From NCBI GenBank assembly GCA_963776355.1, contig CAVZLU010000008.1, positions 1,870,151 through 1,934,150 on the forward strand: a DNA stretch of 64,000 nt, written 5' to 3'. The DNA comes from an uncultured Chloroflexia bacterium. GTDB lineage: Bacteria; Chloroflexota; Limnocylindria; Limnocylindrales; CSP1-4. The notes below the pieces were generated by a model. That model saw only the letters and a list, made by a program, of their open reading frames with translations, was not told where the DNA came from and ran no database searches. Position numbers and translations under genes: made by a program. Of the stretch, positions 51,191 through 60,204 are shown in pieces (within the stretch, counting starts at the first letter, position 1; each line of letters opens with the position of its first letter).

Positions 51191-51899
51191 CAGGCGAGGC
51201 CCCGGGGGAATGTCTCCCTCGCCGACCGGGCCGCGCGCGCCAGGCGGACGGCGCGCGACATCGGGTCGGTGGGGGCGCCCCGGGTCAGGCGCCAGGCCAC
51301 GAAGGCGGCTCCCGCGAGGCTGAGGGCGGCCGAGGTCACGGCGCTGCCCACGAGCACGGGCCGGCGTGCAGCTGCCCGGCAACGCCCGCCACCGGGCCAT
51401 CCGTCGCCCCGTGCCCGGCACGCTCCGCGTCCGCGCCGGCTCGACGCGCGGCCCCAGCGGCCCGGCCGGAGCCCGCACGCGCACCGTTGGCGCCGCCTCC
51501 GAGGCCCGGATCGTTGCCACCCGCGTCGTCCGGCATGGGCCCCAGGAGCGCGGCCAGCTCCGGGTTGGCAAGCTCCCGGGCCAGGTCGGCCGCACCGAGC
51601 AGCGGCGCCGGGAAGGGGATCACGGTGGCTTCGCCGCCGGACGCCGCCGCGAGCCGCATCGCGGCGGCCGCCTCGGCCAGGCGCCGGGCCAGGCGATCCT
51701 CGAAGCGGAACGAGGGGTGGACCCGGACGAGCTCGTCGCGGAGGCGGCGGGCCGCCCTTCGCAGGGAAGGATCGAGCGCCGGATCGGCGGGCACATCGGG
51801 CGCGCGCCGCTCGGCCGCGAGCAGGAGCGCCTCCAGGTAGCGGTCGGTGACGAGCGCCTCGACCTCGATCGCATCGAGGGCGCCGGGCGCGCCGGGCAT
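51190..51899 (-). CDS. putative anti-sigma factor (C-terminal TM anchor), frameshift near 51360
   Basis: ATG 51899 lies 8 nt after the sigma stop. The soluble part is in ORF 51336..52109 (IEVEALVTDRYLEALLLAAERR...RFEDRLARRLAEAAAAMR). The TM helix and tail are in ORF 51190..51960 (RPVLVGSAVTSAALSLAGAAFVAWRL...). Its stop overlaps the accD ATG (TGATG). The function comes from position and topology only. Confidence 0.6.
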
Positions 51900-51907
51900 G
51901 GGCGCCC

Positions 51908-52549
51908 TCACCGGCCCTCGCCTTCGCCGGGCGCGCGCGGCTGGCCGAGGTCGCGGGCAACGCTGCGGAGAGCCCGGTGAAGGAGCACCCGGACCGCGCC
52001 CTCGGAACGACCCAGCACGCCGGCGATCTCGGCCGTGCTCATCTCCTCGACAAATCGCAGCACGACGGCCCGGCGGCGGTCGCCGGGCAGGCGCGCGACG
52101 GCGGCCCATGCCTCCGACGCGGCGGCCCGGGAGACCACGCTGCCCTCGACGTCGTCGGGCGCGGCCACCGTGCCGGCCGCATCGAGCGGCGTCGTCGGGC
52201 GCCGGCGGGCGCTCCTGCGGTGGTTGGAGACCACGTTGCGGGCGATGCGGAAGAGCCAGACCCGGAACGTCGACGCCTCCGGTCCGGCCCCCTCGGGGGC
52301 CTGCTCGCGGAACCGCGGCAGGGCGCCGAGGGCGAGCAGGAACGTCCGTTCCGTCACGTCCTCCGCCTCGTGATGATCGCCGAGCTCGTGGAAGGCAAAG
52401 CTGTAGACCTGCGCGACGTACTTCCGGTAGAGGGCGTCGAAGGCGGCCGGGTCGGCCTGGGCCGCCCGGACGAAGGTCCGGTCGGGGTCGAGCGGGACCA
52501 CCCGCCCGAGGGCGCCGGCCCCCTCTCCTCCCGTCCTTCGTCCAAACAC
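51908..52549 (-). CDS. ECF-type RNA polymerase sigma-70 family factor
   Basis: Tail of ORF 51908..55204. Region 2: FDALYRKYVAQVYSFAFHELGDHHEAEDVTERTFLLAL...WLFRIARNVVSNHRR. Region 4: LPGDRRRAVVLRFVEEMSTAEIAGVLGRSEGAVRVLLHRALRSV. Start candidates are GTG 52549 or GTG 52501. Confidence 0.85.
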   Translation of the reverse strand: MFGRRTGGEGAGALGRVVPLDPDRTFVRAAQADPAAFDALYRKYVAQVYSFAFHELGDHHEAEDVTERTFLLALGALPRFREQAPEGAGPEASTFRVWLFRIARNVVSNHRRSARRRPTTPLDAAGTVAAPDDVEGSVVSRAAASEAWAAVARLPGDRRRAVVLRFVEEMSTAEIAGVLGRSEGAVRVLLHRALRSVARDLGQPRAPGEGEGR

Positions 52550-53500
52550 CGTTCCGGTCCGTCCGTTACGCGCCGGGCGCCGAATCGGCGCGCGGCACTG
52601 GCGGGGCGCCCGGCGCGGCCGGCGCCCGGCCGCCGCCGGCGCGGGCCTGCCGCCCGGCGCCGGCACGCTGTCGCCCGCGTCGACAACCCGCACGTGGACC
52701 ACGTCGCCGGCGTGGATCGCGCGCTCGCCGCCGGGCGCCGAGGCGTCGGCCACGAGCAGCGCCCCGGTGGACGGGTCGAGGCCGAGCGCGAGCACCTCCT
52801 CGGGCTCCGCATCGTGGCCCTCGAGGTGGACGACGCGACCGGTGGTCAGCTGGCGGGCTGTCCAGTCGTCGATCGGGAAGCGGCCCGCCCGCAGCGCCTC
52901 GACCCGCGCCTCGAGGCGCGAGAGGAAGGCGTCGAGGAGGAGCGCCCGGGAAATCGGCCGGCCACCGGAGACCTCGCTCAGGCTCGTCATCACGGGCGCG
53001 ATCGCGGCCGGGAAGTCGGCCCTGGCCCAGTCGGCATTGAGGCCCATCCCGACCGCCACCTGCGGATCCTCGCTGCCGAGTCCCTGGGCCTCCCCGAGCA
53101 CGCCGCCGAGCTTGCGGAACGCGCCGTCGCCGGGCACGATGGCTGGCCGCCCGGCGCCGTCCACCTCGACCACGAGGTCGTTCGGCCACTTCAGGCGGAT
53201 CGCCCGGTCGCGGAGCCCGGCGACCTCCTCGGCCGCGTCGGCCATCGCCAGCGACGAGACCGCGGCCAGGCGCCATGTGTGCCCGGGCGCCAGCCACGTG
53301 GGCCGGAAGCCCAGGGAGAGCAGCAGCCCGGCGCCCGGCGGGGCCGTCCACGTCCGGCCCGCCCGTCCGCGCCCGGCGGTCTGCTCGTCGGCGACCGCCA
53401 GGCAGACCTCGGGGGTGCCGGCGGCCAGCCACGCCCGGATGACGTCGTTGGTCGAGCCGATCCGCTCGAAGCGTTCCTGCCGGGCGAGGAAGGCCGTCAC
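52550..53500 (-). CDS. birA: biotin--[acetyl-CoA-carboxylase] ligase (no N-terminal HTH); no in-frame stop before the sigma-factor ORF
   Basis: GTG 53500 overlaps the lysC stop (GTGA). FERIGSTND, ADEQTAGRGRAGRTW (GRGRxGR), IRLKWPNDLV, C-terminal domain ...GERAIHAGDVVHVRVVD ending about 52690. The frame then runs on, Ala/Pro/Arg-rich, into the sigma ORF. The 3' end given is nominal. Confidence 0.8.
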
Positions 53501-54819
53501 TGGCTGGCGCCCGCCCCGGGTCCCGCGCCCGCCCCGGGTCCCGCGCCCGCCCCGCGTCCCGGGCCGGCCGGGGAGTCGACCGGGTCGGGCGTCGCCAGCT
53601 CGAACGCGGCGTGAAGGGCCCGCACGGCAGCCTCCAGCTGGTCCTCCGCGATCGTGCAGGTGATTCGCACCTCCGAGGTCGAGATCATCTCGATGTTGAC
53701 GCCGGCGTTGGAGAGGGCGCCGAACATCCGGGCGGCGTAGCCGGGGGTGTTGTGGAGGCCGGCTCCGACGATCGACACCTTGGCGATGGAGGCGTCGGTC
53801 GTCATCTCCCGGAAGCCCAGGTCGCGGACGAGCGGGTCGAGGACCCGCCTGGCCTTGGCCAGCTCGCCCCGCGGGACGGTGAAGCTCATGTCCGTCGTGC
53901 CGCCGTGACCCACGTTCTGGACGATCATGTCGACGCTGATTCCGCCGTCGGCGAGCGGCGCGAAGACGGCGTGGGCGACGCCGGGGCGGTCGGGGACCTC
54001 GACGAGGGTGATCTTCGCCACGTTCCGGTCCTGGGCGATGCCCCGCACCTTGTTGCGCTGCTCCACGAGCGGGTCCTCCTTGATCAGCGTGCCGGGCGCG
54101 TCCTCGAAGGAGCTCAGGACCTCGATGACCACGTCGTTCACCCAGCCGAGCTCCACCGCCCGCACCTGCATCACCTGGGCGCCCTGGTGGGCGAGCTCCA
54201 GCATCTCCTCGTAGCCGATGACCGAGAGCTGCCGCGCCTCGGGGACGAGCCGCGGGTCGGCCGTGTAGATGCCCTTCACGTCCGTGTACACCTGGCAGCG
54301 GTCGGCCCGCAGGGCGGCCGCCAGGGCCACGGCCGTGGTGTCGCTGCCGCCGCGCCCCAGCGTCGTCGTCTCCATGAGCTCGAGCGCCGTGACGCTCTGG
54401 CCCTGGAAGCCGGCGACGATGACGACCTTGCCGTCGGCCATCTCCGCCCGGATCCGGACCGGGTCGATGCCGGCGATTCGGGCCCGGCCGTACGTTCCGT
54501 CGGTGACGATTCCGGCCTGGGCGCCGGTCAGGGAGATCGCGGCCAGGCCCATGGCATGGAGCGCCATCGACATGAGGGTCGCGCTCTGGTGCTCCCCGGT
54601 GGCGAGGAGCATGTCCAGCTCGCGCGGCTCGGGCTCGTCGGTGATGGCGGTCGCGAGCGAGAGCAGCTCGTCGGTCGTGTCGCCCATGGCCGAGACGACC
54701 ACGCACAGGTCGGCTCCGTCGGCGCGGGCGGCGGCGATCCGACGGGCGACGCGGCGAATCCGGTCGGCGTTGGCGACCGAGCTCCCGCCGAACTTCATGA
54801 CGACAAGGGGGTGCGACAT
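53497..54819 (-). CDS. lysC: aspartokinase (alpha subunit; in-frame internal start for beta subunit at 54066)
   Basis: VVMKFGGSSVANADRIRRVA, VVVSAMGDTTDELL, GRGGSDTTAVALAA. Two ACT domains. C-terminal (GAGPGA)-type repeat tail. Confidence 0.95.
   Translation of the reverse strand: MSHPLVVMKFGGSSVANADRIRRVARRIAAARADGADLCVVVSAMGDTTDELLSLATAITDEPEPRELDMLLATGEHQSATLMSMALHAMGLAAISLTGAQAGIVTDGTYGRARIAGIDPVRIRAEMADGKVVIVAGFQGQSVTALELMETTTLGRGGSDTTAVALAAALRADRCQVYTDVKGIYTADPRLVPEARQLSVIGYEEMLELAHQGAQVMQVRAVELGWVNDVVIEVLSSFEDAPGTLIKEDPLVEQRNKVRGIAQDRNVAKITLVEVPDRPGVAHAVFAPLADGGISVDMIVQNVGHGGTTDMSFTVPRGELAKARRVLDPLVRDLGFREMTTDASIAKVSIVGAGLHNTPGYAARMFGALSNAGVNIEMISTSEVRITCTIAEDQLEAAVRALHAAFELATPDPVDSPAGPGRGAGAGPGAGAGPGAGASQ
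53507..53560. repeat. 18-bp tandem repeat, about 3 copies, inside the lysC 3' end
   Basis: (g)gcgcccgccccgggtcc / cgcgcccgccccgggtcc / cgcgcccgccccgcgtcc. It encodes GAGAGPGAGAGPGAGA on the minus strand. Confidence 0.7.
54064..54081 (-). promoter_or_regulatory. lysC: internal Shine-Dalgarno (AAGGAGG) plus in-frame GTG: candidate LysC-beta start
   Basis: Minus strand reads ATC AAG GAG GAC CCG CTC GTG GAG CAG. GTG at 54066..54064 is codon 252 of lysC (54819-54066=753) and sits just before the ACT-domain region. Confidence 0.55.
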
Positions 54820-55055
54820 CGGCGCGGATTGTACCGCCCCCCGAGCGTGGAACCGGGAGTGATGCCGGGGATGCGGCCGCGGGAGGCGCCGGCCGGGTGC
54901 GCGCGACTTCCCATCGCGCCGCCCGCGGGCGCGACCTCGCCGCGTGAATGTGGCGGTGCCCCTGTGGGGAGAGCGCTCCGGCCGCTACCATGATCGCGTT
55001 GCGGCCCGCGATCCACCGCGCGATCCGCCGCGTCACCGCAGGGGAGCTCGCCGCG

Positions 55056-55832
55056 ATGTGCTTCGACCCCGACAGCCGGCCACCGATCCCGCCGATCGCC
55101 GGCGGCGCCATCGACGCCGAGGAGATCGTCCTGCGGGCCGGCGACGGCGGCCGCTTCGCCGGCCTTCTCGCCCGAGCCGATGACCCCAGTGGGGCCGCGA
55201 TCATCGTGCTGCCGGACGTCCGTGGGCTCCATCCCTACTACGAGGAGCTGGCCCTGCGCTTTGCCGAGCACGGCGTCGACGCCCTCGCGATCGACTACTT
55301 CGGCCGCACGGCCGGCATCGGCGTGCGCCAGCGGGCCTCCGATTTCGACTTCATGAGCCACATGGGCGAGACCCGGTACTCGAACCTGTCATGGGACGTT
55401 CAGGCCGCCGTCGAGCGCCTGCGCGCGCCCGGGCCGGGGAGCGGGCGAGCGATCTTCACGATCGGCTTCTGCTTCGGCGGGCGGCTCGCCTTCCTGGCCA
55501 ACACCCTGGGGCTCGACCTGGCCGGGGCGATCGGGTTCTACGGCTGGCCCGTCGGCGCGCGCGGCGACATCCCGGCACCGGCCGACTCGACCGGCCTCAT
55601 GAGCGCCCCCGTCCTCGGGATCTTCGGGGGAGCGGACCGCGGCATCCCCGCGGAGGCAGTGGAGTCGTTCGAGGACGCGCTGGCCGCAACCGGCCTCCCC
55701 CACGAGATCGTGACCTACCCGGCGGCGCCGCACTCCTTCTTCGATCGCAAGGCCGAGGAGTTCGGCGAGGCGTCCACCGACGCCTGGGAGCGCGTCCTCG
55801 CGTTCATCCGGACGAACACCCCGGACGCCTGA
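55056..55832 (+). CDS. dienelactone hydrolase family protein
   Basis: ORF 54948..55832. ATG 55056 has GGGGAG 9 nt upstream (alternative ATG 54990). IIVLPDVRGLHPYYEELALRFAEHGVDALAIDYFGR, FTIGFCFGG (nucleophile elbow), PHSFFD. Confidence 0.82.
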   Translation: MCFDPDSRPPIPPIAGGAIDAEEIVLRAGDGGRFAGLLARADDPSGAAIIVLPDVRGLHPYYEELALRFAEHGVDALAIDYFGRTAGIGVRQRASDFDFMSHMGETRYSNLSWDVQAAVERLRAPGPGSGRAIFTIGFCFGGRLAFLANTLGLDLAGAIGFYGWPVGARGDIPAPADSTGLMSAPVLGIFGGADRGIPAEAVESFEDALAATGLPHEIVTYPAAPHSFFDRKAEEFGEASTDAWERVLAFIRTNTPDA

Positions 55833-56715
55833 CCGGCGCGGCCGCCGACGGGCCCTGGATCGCCGCGGTCACGGCGGGGCCGCCCTTGACCGCGAGATAG
55901 CCGGAGTCGACGGGGAGGATGACCCCGGTGACCATGGCCGCCTCGTCCGAGGCGAGGTAGAGCGCCGCCGCGGCCACATCCTCGGGCGTCGGGATCCCGA
56001 GCAGGTGCATGGCCCCGATGACCCGGGCGGCCTCGGGGTCGGACAGCCAGCCCAGCTGGGATTCCGACGAGACGAAGGACGGCGCGAGGGCGTTCACCCG
56101 GATGCGGTGGGGCGCCAGGCCGGCCGCGACCGAGCGCGTGAGGGCATTGACGCCGCCCTTCGCGGCCGTGTACGCGTCGAAGCCGGGCTGGGCCACGAGA
56201 GCGTCGACCGTGGATGTCAGGACGATGCTCCCGCCGCGGCCGGCCCGGCGCATCGCGTCCCCGGCGTGCTTGAGAACATGGTACGTGCCGTACAGCACGA
56301 CCCGGATGATCGCGTCCCACGTGTCCTCCGGCAGGTCGACCACCATCCGGTCGTGGTCGTTGACGAGCGCCACGTCCATCGCGTTGTGGAAGACGACGTC
56401 GAGCGGCCCGTAGCGCGTGATCGTGGCCTCCACGGCCGCCTCCACGCTCCCGGCGTCGCGGACGTCAAGGGGGATGAACGTCGCCTCCTGTCCGGAGGCG
56501 ACGATCCCGTCGGCAATCCGGCGGCCCCGCTCCGGGTCGATCTCGGCGACGGCGACCCACGCCCCCTCGGCGGCGAATCGCTGGGCCCCCGCCCGCCCGA
56601 CGCCGGAGCCGCCACCGGTGACGAACGCGACCTTGCCCGCCAATCGACCCGAGGCGGCGCTCGCGGAGCGCCGGCCGGCGCGATGTCGACGATCTCCGGG
56701 CGGTTCCGTCATCAC
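55804..56715 (-). CDS. short-chain dehydrogenase/reductase (SDR) family oxidoreductase
   Basis: KVAFVTGGGSGVGRA, FHNAM, YTAAKGGVNALTRS (YxxxK), LASDEAAMVTGVILPVDSGY. Its 3' end overlaps the convergent hydrolase gene by 29 nt. Confidence 0.85.
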   Translation of the reverse strand: MMTEPPGDRRHRAGRRSASAASGRLAGKVAFVTGGGSGVGRAGAQRFAAEGAWVAVAEIDPERGRRIADGIVASGQEATFIPLDVRDAGSVEAAVEATITRYGPLDVVFHNAMDVALVNDHDRMVVDLPEDTWDAIIRVVLYGTYHVLKHAGDAMRRAGRGGSIVLTSTVDALVAQPGFDAYTAAKGGVNALTRSVAAGLAPHRIRVNALAPSFVSSESQLGWLSDPEAARVIGAMHLLGIPTPEDVAAAALYLASDEAAMVTGVILPVDSGYLAVKGGPAVTAAIQGPSAAAPVRRPGCSSG

Positions 56716-56736
56716 CGGCTCACGGTCGTCATGGGC

Positions 56737-57702
56737 TTACGCTCCGAGCGCCTGCTCCACCCGCGCCCCGCTGTTCCGCGGCGCCACGAGCTCGACGCGC
56801 CCGGTGAGATCCAGGTCGGCGGCCGCGGCGCGGAAGGCGCCCTCGATGCGCGTCAGCACCGACAGGCTGTCGGCGAAGGCGATGATGGCCGAACCCGCAC
56901 CGGAGAGGCAGGCGCCGAGGGCCCCGGCGTCGCGGGCGGCGGCCACCAGCTGGGGGAGCTCCGGGTAGACGGCAGTCCGGTAGGGCTCGTGCAGGCGATC
57001 GACGGTCAGGTGCCTGAGCCCCTCGGCACTGCCGGCCGCGAGCCCGGCCACGCCGAGGGCCACGCGCTGGATGTTGGCCACGGCATCGACGAGCGGGACC
57101 ATCTCCGGCAGCGCGGCCCGCATCGCCCGGGTCGCGAGGCGCAGGTCGGGGATGAAGATCACGGTTCGCAGGTCGCGCGGCGCGTCGAAGCGGATCGCAG
57201 TCGGGGCATCACCGTGGGCGGCGATCGTGAAGCCGCCGAGGAGCGCCGCCGCCGCGTTGTCGGGATGGCCCTCGAGCTCGGTGGCGAGGACGAGGGCCCG
57301 CTCGGGCGACAGCGTGACTCCCGCCAGGGAAGCGCCCGCGAGGAGCCCGCCCACCGTGGCCGCGGCGGACGAGCCGAGGCCCCGGGCGAGCGGGATCCGG
57401 TTGCGCATCTGGATCCGCCAGCCGAGCTGACCGGTGGCCTTGCCGCGGACCTCGGCGAGACCGCGCTCCAGGGCGACGACGAAGGCGTTCGTCCGGTCGC
57501 TCGGCAGCTCGCCGGCGCCTTCGCCCTCGACCGCGACCTCGACGCCGGCGCCCGGGCGAGCGAGGCACTCGACCTCGACGCGGTCGACGATCTCGAGGGC
57601 GACGGCAAGGCAGTCATAGCCGGCACCGAGGTTGGCGCTGGTGGCCGGCACCTCGACCGCGATCCAGCGGCCATCGAGGTCAGCGAAGCGGCTGATTGAC
57701 AT
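56737..57702 (-). CDS. thrB: homoserine kinase
   Basis: VPATSANLGAGYDCLAVAL, IPLARGLGSSAAA (GHMP motif), GACLSGAGSAI. Confidence 0.93.
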   Translation of the reverse strand: MSISRFADLDGRWIAVEVPATSANLGAGYDCLAVALEIVDRVEVECLARPGAGVEVAVEGEGAGELPSDRTNAFVVALERGLAEVRGKATGQLGWRIQMRNRIPLARGLGSSAAATVGGLLAGASLAGVTLSPERALVLATELEGHPDNAAAALLGGFTIAAHGDAPTAIRFDAPRDLRTVIFIPDLRLATRAMRAALPEMVPLVDAVANIQRVALGVAGLAAGSAEGLRHLTVDRLHEPYRTAVYPELPQLVAAARDAGALGACLSGAGSAIIAFADSLSVLTRIEGAFRAAAADLDLTGRVELVAPRNSGARVEQALGA

Positions 57703-57735
57703 CAGCGCCTCCCTCGTGCCCGCCCGGCCATGCGC

Positions 57736-58800
57736 TCAGCCCCACCCGAGCCCCTCCATCACGGCCGAAAGCGTGGCGTCGACCTCGACGGTCGGCTCCG
57801 CCAGGCGAGCGCCGCTGTCGGGATCCTTGAGCCCATGGCCGGTCAGGATGGCGACCACGATGGCGTCGTGGTCCAGGCGGCCCTCGGCGCGCAGCTTCCG
57901 CACGCCGGCCAGGCTGGCCGCCGACGCCGGCTCGCAGAAGACGCCGGCCAGTCGGACGACGTCGCGATAGGCGGCGAAGATCTCGTCGTCCGTCACGGCC
58001 TCGACGAGGCCGCCCGACTCGTCGCGGGCGGCTGTCGCCTTCGTCCACGACGCCGGGTTCCCGATGCGGATCGCGGTCGCGAACGTCTCCGGGCGCTCGA
58101 CGGCGTGCCCCACGACGATCGGCGCGGCGCCGGCCGCCTGGAAGCCCCACATGCGGGGCAGGCGGTCGATCACGCCCGCGTCGTGGTACGCCCGGAAGCC
58201 CATCCAGTAGGCGCTGATGTTGCCGGCGTTGCCGACGGGGATGGCCAGGATGTCGGGCGGCCCGCCGAGGTCGTCGACGACCTCGAAGGCGGCCGTCTTC
58301 TGGCCCTCGAGCCGAAAGGGGTTGACGGAGTTCACGAGCGTGGTCGGGTGCCCATCCTGTGACGCGAGCTCGCGGACGACTTCGAGGGCATCGTCGAAGT
58401 TCCCGCGGACGGCGAGAACCGTCGCTCCGGCCGCCTGCGCCTGGAGCAGCTTGCCGGCCGCGATCTTGCCCGCGGGCAGGACGACGACCACCTCGAGCCC
58501 CGCCGCCGCGCCGTAGGCCGCGGCCGACGCCGAGGTGTTCCCCGTCGAGGCACAGACGATCGAGCGGGCACCACCCTCGCGCGCCTTGGCCACGGCCAGC
58601 ACCATGCCCCGGTCCTTGAACGACCCGGTCGGGTTGGAGCCCTCGAGCTTCAGGTAGAGGTTGCCCAGGCCCCATGCGGCCCCGAGACGGTCGGCCCGGA
58701 CGAGCGGCGTGGCGCCCTCGCCGAGCGAGAGGAGCGGGGTGGCCGGGGTGAGGGGCAGGTAGGCCGCGTAGCGCTCGAGCAGGCGCGGCCGCTCCGGCAT
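57736..58800 (-). CDS. thrC: threonine synthase
   Basis: ATG 58800 overlaps the hom stop (TGATG). GEGATPLV, LKLEGSNPTGSFKDRGM (PLP Lys), CASTGNTSAS, PVGNAGNISA. Confidence 0.93.
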   Translation of the reverse strand: MPERPRLLERYAAYLPLTPATPLLSLGEGATPLVRADRLGAAWGLGNLYLKLEGSNPTGSFKDRGMVLAVAKAREGGARSIVCASTGNTSASAAAYGAAAGLEVVVVLPAGKIAAGKLLQAQAAGATVLAVRGNFDDALEVVRELASQDGHPTTLVNSVNPFRLEGQKTAAFEVVDDLGGPPDILAIPVGNAGNISAYWMGFRAYHDAGVIDRLPRMWGFQAAGAAPIVVGHAVERPETFATAIRIGNPASWTKATAARDESGGLVEAVTDDEIFAAYRDVVRLAGVFCEPASAASLAGVRKLRAEGRLDHDAIVVAILTGHGLKDPDSGARLAEPTVEVDATLSAVMEGLGWG

Positions 58801-60074
58801 CAGTCCGTCACCGGGTACAGGGCCACGTCGACGTCGGGGAGGTGGGCGGCGACGGCCGCGCGCATTCGGGCGAGGGAAAGGGGCCCGGTCCGGACCACGG
58901 TCCCGCCGTCGATCTCCTCGATCGCGGCCGTCTCCCCGAGCGCGACGCCCTCCGGCACGAGCCCGGGCAGGAACGCGAACCAGGGCCGCGCGGCGGCGAA
59001 GGGGTCGGCTGCGTCGGCCCGGAGCGCCTTCTCGCCCGCCGGGGCGAGGCCCGCCCACGTGCTCCCGCCACGGCGGGCAATGGCCAGGAGGTCGCCCAGC
59101 ACTGCGCTGCTCGTGGGATCGCCGCCGGCGCCGGGGCCCGAGAACGCCACGTGGCCGACGGGATCGGCCCGGATCTCGACCCGGTTGAGGACGCCGTCGG
59201 TGCCGCCGAGGGCTCCGTTCTCGGGCACCGCGGTCGGGAGGACGGTCGCGACCAGGCGGCCGGCCGGGTTCGGCTCTGCGCTCGCGAGCAGCTTGACGTC
59301 GAGGCCGAGGAGGGCAGCGCCCTCCATCTCGGCCGACGTGACCCCGGTGATCCCGGGCTTCCCCCACCCCCGCACGGACGGCGGCGTGCGCAGGACGCTT
59401 GCCGGCTCGAGCCAGTCGCCGAAGGCGAGACGAGCGAGGAGGATGAGCTTGTTGACCGCGTCGTCGCCTTCCACGTCGCCGCGCGGGTCGGCCTCCGCGT
59501 AGCCGAGGGCCTTCGCCTCGGCCAGGACCTCATCGTAGGACTGGCCCATCTCACCCATCGCGGTGAGGATGTAGTTGGTGGTCCCGTTCACGATTCCGCG
59601 CACGAGCGAGACGGTGTTGCCGGCCAGGTCCGAGGCCAGCGGCGAGAGAATAGGGATGCCGCCGGCCACGGCCGCCTCGTAGCGAAGCGCGGCGCCCGTG
59701 CGACGGGCGATCGCCTCCAGCTCGGGACCGTGGTGGGCGACCACGTGCTTGTTCGCCGTCACGACATGCTTGCCCGCGCCGAGCGCCGCAGCCACCAGCG
59801 TGTGGGCCGGCTCGTCGCCTCCCATGAGCTCGACCACGACGTCGATGTCAGGGTTGGCCACCAGGTGGGCGGGCGCGTCGGTGAGCAGCTGGGCGGGGAT
59901 CCCGCGCCGTTCGGCCCCGGCCGGATCGCGGACGGCAACAGCGGCCAGCACGAGACGCGCGCCATCGAACGGGGCGAGCTTCTCCGGGTGTTCGAGGAAG
60001 GCGCGCAGGACGGCACCGCCGACGGTGCCGGCGCCGAGCACCGCGACGCGGAGTGGCGGTCGGCTGGACATCAC
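58800..60074 (-). CDS. hom: homoserine dehydrogenase
   Basis: LRVAVLGAGTVGGAV, VVTANKHVVA, GIVNGTTNYILT. C-terminal ACT-like domain. Confidence 0.93.
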   Translation of the reverse strand: MMSSRPPLRVAVLGAGTVGGAVLRAFLEHPEKLAPFDGARLVLAAVAVRDPAGAERRGIPAQLLTDAPAHLVANPDIDVVVELMGGDEPAHTLVAAALGAGKHVVTANKHVVAHHGPELEAIARRTGAALRYEAAVAGGIPILSPLASDLAGNTVSLVRGIVNGTTNYILTAMGEMGQSYDEVLAEAKALGYAEADPRGDVEGDDAVNKLILLARLAFGDWLEPASVLRTPPSVRGWGKPGITGVTSAEMEGAALLGLDVKLLASAEPNPAGRLVATVLPTAVPENGALGGTDGVLNRVEIRADPVGHVAFSGPGAGGDPTSSAVLGDLLAIARRGGSTWAGLAPAGEKALRADAADPFAAARPWFAFLPGLVPEGVALGETAAIEEIDGGTVVRTGPLSLARMRAAVAAHLPDVDVALYPVTD

Positions 60075-60204
60075 GCGGATCGTAGCCGACGCGCGATGCG
60101 CCGGATCGCCCGCTCCACGCCGCGGGCGCCGGCTCTATGCCGGAACGCCCGCCCTGTGCCGGGACGCCCGTTCCACGCGGGACCCGCCCGCTACACTCGC
60201 CGCG

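Noticed and set aside
54820-55055. Possible lysine riboswitch upstream of lysC
   Set aside because: Reading the minus strand I could not find the L-box core elements. The region is also shared with the divergent hydrolase promoter.
53501-55204. Upstream 568 codons of the 1098-aa minus ORF 51908..55204
   Set aside because: It is out of frame over lysC, which has diagnostic aspartokinase motifs in its own frame. Only the birA and sigma parts of this ORF are credible.
60075-60204. Possible T-box leader upstream of trpS
   Set aside because: The leader is only about 130 nt and lacks the AGAGA / GGUGGUACCGCG-type T-box sequence. The GGTGGTACC-like string at about 8945 lies upstream of a GGDEF gene, not of an aminoacyl-tRNA synthetase, and lacks the trailing GCG.
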